From NCBI RefSeq assembly GCF_025699125.1, contig NZ_JAILWC010000001.1, positions 382,204 to 414,203 on the forward strand: a DNA stretch of 32,000 nt, written 5' to 3'. The stretch is from Nitrosopumilus sp. Its GTDB lineage: Archaea; Thermoproteota; Nitrososphaeria; Nitrososphaerales; Nitrosopumilaceae. The position numbers and the translations under genes were made by a program. Position 1 is the stretch's first letter. The number at the start of each line of letters is the position of its first letter. Below the pieces are notes generated by a model. That model was not told the DNA's origin. It saw only the letters and a list, made by a program, of their open reading frames with translations, and ran no database searches. This document shows, piece by piece, positions 8,521 to 16,212 of this stretch.

Positions 8521-10287
8521 TTAAATCAAATTTTTATCATGTGCCACTTTTTTTTGCCCTCTGTACAGTGTGATCACTTCTTCATTAGTTGATGCGTCTT
8601 CTGCTGCTTTTTCTACTCTTATTTTTCCAGTAAATTTTGGAAATCTCAATGCAAGTCCTGCACCTTTTCTAATTTTGTCTTCTGCTGCTTTGTGAATTGG
8701 ACTAAGTGTAATTTCTGATGCCACTACTTCTACTACTAGCTCTGGCTCAAACCATACATCTGCTTCCATCTCACTTATGATGCGGGGATTTTTTTTGATT
8801 GTAACTTTTGGATGTAATATTTGATACAGTTGATCTAATGATTCATCAGAAAATCCTGTTCCTACTTTACAAACACTTGGAAATGTATCATTGTCTTCGT
8901 CATATGTTGCAAGCAACAATGTTCCATAACTTCCTGTTCTTCTTCCTTTTCCAAAAAATCCGCCTATCACAACTAGATCTAAACTGTCCCCTAATTCGTT
9001 TTGATACTCTCGTTTTAATTTCAACCAGTAATTTCCTCTAGAACCTGCTTGGTATGGTTTATCCATCATCTTTAACATCAATCCTTCACTACCTGCATTG
9101 ATGCCATTTTCCATAAAGTCTTCAATTTCGTTTTTGTTTTTGACTATGGTCATTGGTATGTATTTTACGAATTCATCTTCTTTGACCGTTTTTTCTAATT
9201 TCTCTCTTCTGTTTTTGTAGGATAATTCTAAACAGCTTTTACCATTGCAATATAGAACATCAAATAAATTCACTGAAATTGGATACTGTGTTACCGCTTT
9301 TTCTATTTTGTATTTTCTTCTCCTGTGCATTAGTTCTTGAAACGGTAAAAACTCTCCTGTGTTTTCGTTCATTGCGACCGCTTCTGCTTCCAATATGATA
9401 TTGTCAGCTTGAACTGCTTTAGGAATTCTTTCTATGATGTCAGGATAATAACTTGATATGTTTTCTAAACTTCTTGAAAACAATACTACTTTTTCTCCTT
9501 CTATGTGAAGTTGTACTCTTTCTCCGTCTAGTTTGTATTCTGCGGCAAACTCTTTTCCCATTTTCTCCATTGCCTCTTCTTCACTTTTTACTCTGTCTGC
9601 AAGCATGGGTCTAATTGGATTAAATAAAATAATTTCAAATTTTTCCACTCCTTCAATTCCTTTTGTTGCAATTATTTCTGCAACCTTTCCCAAGTCGCTT
9701 GAAACATTGTATGCGTGTTCTAAACTTTTTCTATTTTCTTTACTTCCAGAAAATGCTATTGCTAATGCATCCATTACTGTATTCTCCGCAATTCCTAATC
9801 GCAGTGTTCCTAACAAAATTTTCAAAATGTAACTTGCTTCTAATGGAGTTGCATCATTTAGCAAACTTGAAATGTATTTCATCTTCATGTCTTGAGAACG
9901 AGAACCTTCTAATTTTGCAATTTTGAATAGCGTTTCATAGACTCTTTCTATTGTAATGTCTTCGACAAGAAATGTTGTTTGTGTTTTTTGTTCCAGTATT
10001 ATCGATGCTGCTTGCCCCAAGTCTCCTCCTTTTCTATATTCGTCCTCGATTTTTTTGATTGGTATTCCTGAGGACTTTGAAATTGCCCTTATTGCAAGTT
10101 TTTCTGCAACGCCTAACTCAATGCCTTCAAAATCAGGTCTTAGTTTTCCTTGTAACAAATACACAATTTTTGAAATTATGTCGTGTGGTGTATTCTCAAA
10201 CAATTCCACTAAGAACTGTGTTAATTCTAATCTTTTTCTGGTTGATTCCATTTTGTAAAATGATTCAGCTAAAATGGAAAACTCCAT
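8521..10287 (-). CDS. lig: ATP-dependent DNA ligase
   Basis: 588 aa with the adenylation motif I EYKLDGERVQ (KxDG). Other typical archaeal/eukaryotic Lig1-family blocks are present (SEGLMLK, WLKLKREY, DLVVIGGFFGKGRR, VCKVGTGFSD). Confidence 0.95.
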   Translation of the reverse strand: MEFSILAESFYKMESTRKRLELTQFLVELFENTPHDIISKIVYLLQGKLRPDFEGIELGVAEKLAIRAISKSSGIPIKKIEDEYRKGGDLGQAASIILEQKTQTTFLVEDITIERVYETLFKIAKLEGSRSQDMKMKYISSLLNDATPLEASYILKILLGTLRLGIAENTVMDALAIAFSGSKENRKSLEHAYNVSSDLGKVAEIIATKGIEGVEKFEIILFNPIRPMLADRVKSEEEAMEKMGKEFAAEYKLDGERVQLHIEGEKVVLFSRSLENISSYYPDIIERIPKAVQADNIILEAEAVAMNENTGEFLPFQELMHRRRKYKIEKAVTQYPISVNLFDVLYCNGKSCLELSYKNRREKLEKTVKEDEFVKYIPMTIVKNKNEIEDFMENGINAGSEGLMLKMMDKPYQAGSRGNYWLKLKREYQNELGDSLDLVVIGGFFGKGRRTGSYGTLLLATYDEDNDTFPSVCKVGTGFSDESLDQLYQILHPKVTIKKNPRIISEMEADVWFEPELVVEVVASEITLSPIHKAAEDKIRKGAGLALRFPKFTGKIRVEKAAEDASTNEEVITLYRGQKKVAHDKNLI

Positions 10288-10323
10288 TCTAACTCTCTGC
10301 TAATCCTGAATAAAAGTTTGAAT

Positions 10324-10734
10324 CTAGATGTATCTGAAAATTGTAGGTTTGTCTGATTTCGGAAGTTCAGAAACTAGTGCAAAATTGTATAGCGGATATG
10401 CTTCTTTGTATTGTTTCATAAAACTCCATGCAACATCGTGTGTTTTGAATTCTGTTCTAATCCCATCAATGCGACTTATTTTTCCAAACACATCAAATAC
10501 TACAACCGAATACTGTTTTGGGCGATTATGTGGTTTTGCTTTAAGTAACCATGCAAGGGCAAAAATAAAAACTGCCCCTAAAATCACGTATTCTCCTGCT
10601 ACTTTGAAAAATGCTAAAACTACTCCTGGTATGGTTTGTCCAAATAACACCGCTACAAAATTTGAAAATGATATCACTGCTAACGCTGTGAAAATATACG
10701 TCTTCCAATCAAAGATCTTCTGAAAAGAATTCAA
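10324..10734 (-). CDS. Membrane protein (hypothetical), two N-terminal TM helices plus a soluble C-terminal domain
   Basis: 136-aa ORF with hydrophobic segments IFTALAVISFSNFVAVLF and VILGAVFIFALAWLL. The fully overlapping antisense ORF (10328..10723) looks spurious. Confidence 0.6.
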   Translation of the reverse strand: MNSFQKIFDWKTYIFTALAVISFSNFVAVLFGQTIPGVVLAFFKVAGEYVILGAVFIFALAWLLKAKPHNRPKQYSVVVFDVFGKISRIDGIRTEFKTHDVAWSFMKQYKEAYPLYNFALVSELPKSDKPTIFRYI

Positions 10735-10798
10735 AGATACAAAGAATACACTTCATTTTGATTTAACTATTTCCCATGATTTGCAAGATTTGAAATCA

Positions 10799-11935
10799 CT
10801 AATCTGGATCTTCGTAGTTCTCTTTTTTATCGCCACTGGAGGATGTCTCTTCCATTGGTTTCATCTTTGCTTCAAGAACATCCATTCTTGCTCTGTATCC
10901 TTCAGCATATTCTAGTTCTGATGGGACAAGTGTTGCTGGGTGGATGAATCCTTGGCTTCTAATCGCAATTGCTTTCTTTGTTGCAATTTCTCTAATGTAA
11001 TCCCAATCTGGAGTAGAGAACCCGTCAAATGGTCCTGTTAACTTTCCATTATGCATGCTGAACACTAGGGCTTGTACAATTGGAATGCAAAAGTTGATTG
11101 TTGCAGCTGAATTTAGTTTTACAGGCATTAATGGCATATTGTGACTTCCTCTTGTGTTTCCTGCAACATAATGTGGATTGTTAAACACACTTCCTACTTC
11201 TTCTGTTGCTGGAAAATTCTTTTGTGTTCTTACTAGACAAATTGGATCGTCTTTTCCGACATATGTTCCTGCAATGTTGTGTAATCTGTCAGTTGATGCA
11301 TCTAAAATTGGTTCCCCATCTTTTGTATATACTGAATCTACAACATATCTGCCTGGATACATCAACGCAGCTTCAATTGTAGGCTTGTCTTGCCATAATT
11401 CAAGTTCTGCAATTTGCGCTTTTTCAACATCCATAATGTGCATCTTTACTCCTGCTGCAAGACTCTTGTTTACAATTAATCCTGTGTTACTTAGTGCATC
11501 TACAAACATTCTGTAAATTGGATAGTTGAATGCACCAGGTTCTGTTTTGTCTGCTGCAAACACAGTAAATGCTTCGTTTGGTCTTTCTTCAAATTCCATC
11601 TCTGCAACTCCCGGACCCATACCTTTTACATTGCCTGAAAAAGAATCTTTAAGCAAATCTTGTCCTGCGCCATACAGTCCCTCTTCTTTTGCAACTTGAG
11701 TTCCCGCCATGAATGCATCCCATGCTAGTTTGTGAATTTTTTCATTATTCACACCATGAGTATGTGTCATGACAATGTGGGTATCATCTCCACAATAACC
11801 AATATAGTGATCAATTAGTAAATCCCCTGAATTCTTGACTGTGTTTCTAATTGCTTCTATTAGTCCATCACTGGGTTTTGTGTGGCCGCCTACTCCACCT
11901 ACGTCTGCTTTGATAACGGAAACTGTAATTTTCAT
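10799..11935 (-). CDS. fbp: Bifunctional fructose-1,6-bisphosphate aldolase/phosphatase (class V FBPase)
   Basis: 378 aa. The N-terminus MKITVSVIKADVGGVGGHT and the length are characteristic of the archaeal FBP aldolase/phosphatase family. Confidence 0.95.
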   Translation of the reverse strand: MKITVSVIKADVGGVGGHTKPSDGLIEAIRNTVKNSGDLLIDHYIGYCGDDTHIVMTHTHGVNNEKIHKLAWDAFMAGTQVAKEEGLYGAGQDLLKDSFSGNVKGMGPGVAEMEFEERPNEAFTVFAADKTEPGAFNYPIYRMFVDALSNTGLIVNKSLAAGVKMHIMDVEKAQIAELELWQDKPTIEAALMYPGRYVVDSVYTKDGEPILDASTDRLHNIAGTYVGKDDPICLVRTQKNFPATEEVGSVFNNPHYVAGNTRGSHNMPLMPVKLNSAATINFCIPIVQALVFSMHNGKLTGPFDGFSTPDWDYIREIATKKAIAIRSQGFIHPATLVPSELEYAEGYRARMDVLEAKMKPMEETSSSGDKKENYEDPD

Positions 11936-12037
11936 ATTTTTTTATTTTTAATCCTTTGATTTATGTGCTTTTGACAAAGTTTCGTGATCTGAAATTAATT
12001 GAATTTTTTTAAATTTTTATTCAAAAATTCATAACAG

Positions 12038-12045
12038 TAATAAAT
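12038..12045 (+). promoter_or_regulatory. TATA-like box upstream of tuf
   Basis: TAATAAAT is centred about 26 bp upstream of the ATG at 12067, a spacing typical of archaeal TATA-to-TSS distance and suggesting a short or absent leader. Confidence 0.3.
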
Positions 12046-12066
12046 GCCCTCAGTTAGGCAATTCAT

Positions 12067-13365
12067 ATGGCAGATAAACCACACTTGAACCTGATTGTTA
12101 CAGGACATATTGATAATGGAAAATCAACTACTATGGGTCATTTTTTGATGGATCTTGGGGTTGTAGATGAAAGAACTATTGCAGCTCACGGTGCAGAATC
12201 AGAAAAGACCGGAAAAGGTGATACTTTCAAGTATGCTTGGGTTATGGATAACATTAAAGATGAAAGAGAGAGAGGTATTACAATCGATCTAGCTTTCCAA
12301 AAATTTGAGTCACCAAAGTACTTCTTTACTTTGATTGACGCTCCTGGTCACAGGGACTTTATTAAAAACATGATTACTGGTGCTTCTGAAGCAGACGCAG
12401 CCATTCTAGTACTTTCAGCAAAAGAAGGCGAAACTGATACTGCAATTGCAGCTGGTGGACAAGCAAGAGAACACGCATTCTTGCTCAAGACACTTGGTGT
12501 AAGCCAACTAATTGTTGCAATCAACAAAATGGATGCAGTAGAATACAAAGAAGATGCTTTTAATGCAGCCAAAGAGAAAGGTGAAAAATTAGTAAGATCT
12601 GTAGGTTACAAACTAGAGAACGTACCATTCATTCCAGTTTCTGGATGGAAAGGTGACAACCTAGTTAAAAGATCTGAGAACATGGCTTGGTATAAAGGTA
12701 AAACTTTGCTTGAAGCATTTGATGACTTTACTATTGCTGAAAAGCCAGTAGGTAAACCATTACGTGTTCCAATACAGGACGTTTACACCATTACAGGTGT
12801 AGGTACAGTCCCAGTAGGTAGAGTTGAAACCGGTATTATGAAAGCAGGACAAAAAATTATTGTCATGCCATCTGGTGCTCAAGGTGAAATCAAATCTATT
12901 GAGACTCACCACACAGAAATGCCATCTGCAGAAGCAGGTGACAACATTGGTTTTAACCTTAGAGGTATTGAAAAGAAAGATATCAAGAGAGGCGATGTAC
13001 TTGGAACTCCTGATGCACCACCAATGGTTGCAAAAGAATTCAAAGCACAAATTATCGTCATTCACCACCCAACAGCAATTGCTCCTGGTTACACACCAGT
13101 AATGCATGCACACACAGCACAAGTGGCAGCAACAGTTACTGAGTTCCTCCAAAAGATAAACCCAGCATCTGGCGCAGTTGAAGAAGAAAATCCAAAGTTC
13201 CTCAAAGTTGGTGACTCTGCAATTGTCAAAATCAGACCGGTGAGACCAACTTGTATTGAAACATTCCAAGAATTCCCTGAAATGGGTAGATTCGCACTTA
13301 GAGATATGGGTGCAACTATCGCAGCAGGAATTGTAAAGGAAATTACCGAAGAGTACAAACCATAG
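12067..13365 (+). CDS. tuf: Translation elongation factor 1-alpha (aEF-1A / EF-Tu family)
   Basis: 432 aa with GTPase motifs GHIDNGKST, DAPGH and NKMD. Overall aEF-1alpha pattern. Confidence 0.97.
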   Translation: MADKPHLNLIVTGHIDNGKSTTMGHFLMDLGVVDERTIAAHGAESEKTGKGDTFKYAWVMDNIKDERERGITIDLAFQKFESPKYFFTLIDAPGHRDFIKNMITGASEADAAILVLSAKEGETDTAIAAGGQAREHAFLLKTLGVSQLIVAINKMDAVEYKEDAFNAAKEKGEKLVRSVGYKLENVPFIPVSGWKGDNLVKRSENMAWYKGKTLLEAFDDFTIAEKPVGKPLRVPIQDVYTITGVGTVPVGRVETGIMKAGQKIIVMPSGAQGEIKSIETHHTEMPSAEAGDNIGFNLRGIEKKDIKRGDVLGTPDAPPMVAKEFKAQIIVIHHPTAIAPGYTPVMHAHTAQVAATVTEFLQKINPASGAVEEENPKFLKVGDSAIVKIRPVRPTCIETFQEFPEMGRFALRDMGATIAAGIVKEITEEYKP

Positions 13366-13376
13366 GCGGATCTTTT

Positions 13377-13685
13377 ATGACTCAAACCGCCCGTGTTAAA
13401 CTCACTTCAACCAGTCTGCCAAAATTAGATGGCGTCTGCGGTGAAATCATGGGTATTGGTAAAAAGACAGGTGTTAAGGTAAAAGGTCCGACACCACTTC
13501 CTGTAAAAAGATTACATGTGGCAACTAGAAAATCTCCTTGCGGTAGCGGAACAGAAACTTATGAAAAATGGGAGATGAAAATGCATCGAAGAATTATCAA
13601 TATCAACGCTGATGATAAAGCTATCCGACAACTAATGAGGCTAAAGATCCCTGACGATGTTTACATTGAATTGTCCTTGACATAA
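13377..13685 (+). CDS. rps10: 30S ribosomal protein S10 (uS10)
   Basis: 102 aa lying 11 nt downstream of tuf, the conserved archaeal tuf-rps10 arrangement. Typical uS10 sequence (ARVKLTS...GPTPLP...HRRIINI). Confidence 0.95.
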   Translation: MTQTARVKLTSTSLPKLDGVCGEIMGIGKKTGVKVKGPTPLPVKRLHVATRKSPCGSGTETYEKWEMKMHRRIININADDKAIRQLMRLKIPDDVYIELSLT

Positions 13686-13714
13686 TCTGGTAGCCTTAAA
13701 TTATAGAAATTTTG

Positions 13715-13921
13715 ATGATAAACATGGTTGAAAATTTTGATGATGAAGAAATTGAGGAAACTCCTGTTGAAACATTTGATGTAAACTATTCTTGTCTGCG
13801 ATGCGGAACTATAGTTTCAAACACTGAACTATCAAGATTGCCTGAAATCAAATGTATCTGTGGGTTTCGAGTATTTACCAAAGTAAGACCGCCCGTAGTC
13901 AAAACAGTTAAAGCAATTTAA
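13715..13921 (+). CDS. rpoP: DNA-directed RNA polymerase subunit P (Rpo12/RpoP) with an acidic N-terminal extension
   Basis: Zinc-ribbon YSCLRCG...KCICGFRVFTKVRP matches the RpoP/RPABC4 pattern (CxxC...CxxCGxR). The start is ambiguous (TTG 13712, ATG 13715 or ATG 13724). Confidence 0.75.
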   Translation: MINMVENFDDEEIEETPVETFDVNYSCLRCGTIVSNTELSRLPEIKCICGFRVFTKVRPPVVKTVKAI

Positions 13922-13922
13922 T

Positions 13923-14120
13923 TTATCTGTCTTTTTTGTAGCTGTGCTCTCTTTGTAAATGGGTTCTCATATCTTCCATGTTTGAGAAAAACTTGTTGCA
14001 CTCTTTGCAATCATACTGCAAATCTTTGCCGTGAACAATCTGTTTGTGGTTCATTAACTCTTCTTCTTTTGAGAATTTTTTATCACACAAATCACATTTT
14101 GTTTTTTTAAAAAATCCCAC
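13923..14120 (-). CDS. Small protein with two classical C2H2 zinc fingers
   Basis: 65 aa with a GTG start. Both fingers, CDLC-x12-H-x4-H and CKEC-x12-H-x4-H, carry the conserved Phe/hydrophobic positions. The start lies 2 nt after the stop of the upstream gene. Confidence 0.8.
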   Translation of the reverse strand: MGFFKKTKCDLCDKKFSKEEELMNHKQIVHGKDLQYDCKECNKFFSNMEDMRTHLQREHSYKKDR

Positions 14121-14122
14121 GT

Positions 14123-14533
14123 TTATCCCAACTCTGATTTCTTTTCATCCCAACATCTTCTGCATAACTGTCCTTCAATCTTCCAATGTCCCTTTGGATT
14201 GTATCTGATTAAACCCATCTTTCCGCCACATAATGAGCAAAAGTTTTTCTTTTTACCGTGACTTTCTTCTTTGTTGTCAAAACATTTCTTGCATAACAAA
14301 CCCTCCATGTCCCATTGCCATCTTGGTTCCCACAAGTCTGTAATTTTCTGCGTCTCTCCACATTCTACACATGGTTGTCTGACCTTGCCTTCATAGTATT
14401 CCTTTGATTTTTCAAAATGACAATCACCGCACAGTACTCCTTTGATATTCCACTCTCTTTTTGGTTTGTGTTTGTGTGACAACTCTTTGTTGCAAATTGC
14501 ACAGTATGATGGTTTTTTACTAAATAATCCCAT
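14123..14533 (-). CDS. Protein with three tandem zinc-ribbon repeats
   Basis: The likely true start is Met43 of the 178-aa track ORF (MGLFSKKPSYCAIC...), with a TTTATAG box about 29 bp upstream. It has three repeats of CxxC-x(15-18)-W-x-(I/M)-(K/E)-G-x-LCxxC. Confidence 0.75.
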   Translation of the reverse strand: MGLFSKKPSYCAICNKELSHKHKPKREWNIKGVLCGDCHFEKSKEYYEGKVRQPCVECGETQKITDLWEPRWQWDMEGLLCKKCFDNKEESHGKKKNFCSLCGGKMGLIRYNPKGHWKIEGQLCRRCWDEKKSELG

Positions 14534-14558
14534 TTTGATCCTTCTGATATGACTTAAT

Positions 14559-14565
14559 CTATAAA
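14559..14565 (-). promoter_or_regulatory. TATA-like box for the zinc-ribbon gene
   Basis: The minus-strand TTTATAG is centred about 29 bp upstream of the ATG at 14533. Confidence 0.3.
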
Positions 14566-14597
14566 TGTAAACAAAATAAAAATAACAAAAAAATTGT

Positions 14598-14720
14598 TTA
14601 TTGGCTAAGGATTTTCTCAAGAGCTTGACTTGCATTAAGCATGCCGTTTCTCTTGGCAAATTCTTCGATCATTTTGTACTGTTTTTCTGTAAAACATACT
14701 GGCATTGAACGTCTTTCCAT
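14598..14720 (-). CDS. Ribbon-helix-helix (CopG/Arc/MetJ-like) mini-protein, 40 aa, absent from the ORF track
   Basis: My own translation is MERRSMPVCFTEKQYKMIEEFAKRNGMLNASQALEKILSQ*. It has a short beta-strand (PVCFTEKQY) followed by two helices, the classic RHH layout. ATG start, TAA stop. Confidence 0.55.
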   Translation of the reverse strand: MERRSMPVCFTEKQYKMIEEFAKRNGMLNASQALEKILSQ

Positions 14721-14795
14721 AAAGTGATGTTGGATTTTTTACTAATATCTTTTTCTCTCGGAAAGGTATTTCAAACCATTTTTTCTATTCTGGCT

Positions 14796-15305
14796 GTGGT
14801 CAAGAAAAGGCAGATCTTAGTAATAGGACACAATACAAATGGGTGCACTCCGGAACATGAAAAAATTGCATATGATGTGGGGATGGAGGTCGCAAAATCC
14901 GGATCTGTGTTGATTTGTGGGGGATTAGGCGGGGTAATGACTGCAGCAGCTCATGGAGCTAAGGACGGCAATGGCTTGACAGTTGGTATCATTCCTCAAA
15001 ATGATCCTGCTATGGCCAATGAATTCTGTGATGTGGTCATTCCAACTGGGATGGGTCTTGCTCGTGATTTCCTAAATGCACTGTCTGCTGATGGCGTGAT
15101 AATTATTGGAGGGGGTTCTGGAACTCTGTCTGAAACTACTGCTGCATACATGTACAAAAAACCAATGGTTGCAATTAGAAATTTGGGCGGTTCAGTTGAG
15201 AAATTCATTGATGGTTTTATTGATCAAAGGGAGAATGTCAGGATAGTTGGTGTTGATACCTCCAAGGAAGCAGTAGAGAAAATTCTGGAACTAATTGATG
15301 CATAG
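14796..15305 (+). CDS. TIGR00725-family (LOG/DprA-like Rossmann fold) protein
   Basis: ILVIGHNTNG...GSVLICGGLGGVMTAAAHGAKDGNGLTVGIIP...IIIGGGSGTLSE matches the TIGR00725/LOG-like pattern. The track ORF starts at 14724 (GTG), but the GTG at 14796 (MVKKRQILVIG) gives the usual length and leaves promoter space. Confidence 0.7.
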   Translation: MVKKRQILVIGHNTNGCTPEHEKIAYDVGMEVAKSGSVLICGGLGGVMTAAAHGAKDGNGLTVGIIPQNDPAMANEFCDVVIPTGMGLARDFLNALSADGVIIIGGGSGTLSETTAAYMYKKPMVAIRNLGGSVEKFIDGFIDQRENVRIVGVDTSKEAVEKILELIDA

Positions 15306-15342
15306 GCATACAAAATTTGCTTGGAATGAATCTGTTTTTAAT

Positions 15343-16212
15343 TTAGAAATTAGGAAGTTTAGGTTTTACTTTAACAGAAGACAATAATTCGCAAATCATT
15401 CGTGATGCTAAATGTGATGTGTTGTCTTGAATATCAAATTTAGGACAAACTTCCATCATATCCATTCCCAATATCCCGTCTTGTGTGATGCTTTTTAGAA
15501 GAATTGATGCAGTAATTGGATTTAATCCCATGGGTACTGGAACTGAAACACCCGGTGCAAAGGCAGGATCTATGCAATCCATGTCAAAAGACACGTAGAT
15601 GTTTTTTCCTATCTTTGAGAGAATATCTTCGATTACCTGTTTGAAACCATAGTATTGAATATCGGCAGGCGAAAATACCGTGATTCCATATTTTTGTATG
15701 TTTTCGATCTCTTCTAATTCGGGACTACGGATACCAATCATTACGCTTGACTTGGGATCAATATACGGAAGGCAGTCATACACAACTGAACCGTAAAAAT
15801 TTCTAGTGGATGAAAGAAAATCCGGATGTGCATCAAAGTAGACAAGAGAAATGGGCCCGCGTTTATTCCCCAATCCCTGTATGATGGATGCAGTAAGAGA
15901 ATGGTCTCCTCCAATAGTTATTGGCACTTTTCCATCATCGGTTATTCTTTCATAGACTAGCGGGATATTTTCTCTAGAGATATTTCCCAAATCAAAGATT
16001 TTTGATTGAGCTTTTCCCGAATTTGTATATGCTAAAGATTCCTTGTTGTTTTCTACATATACATCTCTGTCCCTTGAGATTTTCCTTATTCTGTCAGGCG
16101 CTTCTGAAGTTCCTTTTCGTAATGAATGTGAATGAGACTCGTCAGAAATTCCAATAATCACATACTCTGACTCTTTGTAAGAATTGCAATTTGACCAGCA
16201 TAATGTCTCCAT
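15343..16212 (-). CDS. speB: Agmatinase / ureohydrolase (arginase family)
   Basis: Arginase-family metal-binding motifs GGDHSLT, DAHPD and SFDMDCIDPAFAPG. The ATG at 16212 (METLCW...) is preferred over the TTG at 16245. Confidence 0.85.
   Translation of the reverse strand: METLCWSNCNSYKESEYVIIGISDESHSHSLRKGTSEAPDRIRKISRDRDVYVENNKESLAYTNSGKAQSKIFDLGNISRENIPLVYERITDDGKVPITIGGDHSLTASIIQGLGNKRGPISLVYFDAHPDFLSSTRNFYGSVVYDCLPYIDPKSSVMIGIRSPELEEIENIQKYGITVFSPADIQYYGFKQVIEDILSKIGKNIYVSFDMDCIDPAFAPGVSVPVPMGLNPITASILLKSITQDGILGMDMMEVCPKFDIQDNTSHLASRMICELLSSVKVKPKLPNF

Noticed and set aside
8193-10292. Multiple 77-100-aa plus-strand ORFs opposite the DUF47 and DNA ligase genes
   Set aside because: All are contained in well-supported minus-strand CDSs. 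They have Leu/Phe/Ser-rich shadow-frame composition.
12348-13385. Long antisense and alternate-frame ORFs inside tuf (for example 12760..13269, 169 aa, Cys/Trp-rich; also 13089..13385, 12348..12572 and 12860..13102)
   Set aside because: They lie entirely within the unmistakable EF-1alpha gene. Their compositions are implausible (C/W/N-rich) and they have no motifs. They are typical shadow ORFs produced by strong codon bias.
14534-14659. N-terminal 42 residues of the 178-aa track ORF (MPRETACLMQVKLLRKSLANKQFFCYFYFVYIYRLSHIRRIK)
   Set aside because: It has a TTG start and a low-complexity AT-driven sequence, and it overlaps the better-supported RHH ORF in another frame. A TATA-like box sits at the right distance from the internal ATG (14533), which also yields the MGLF N-terminus shared with paralogous small proteins.
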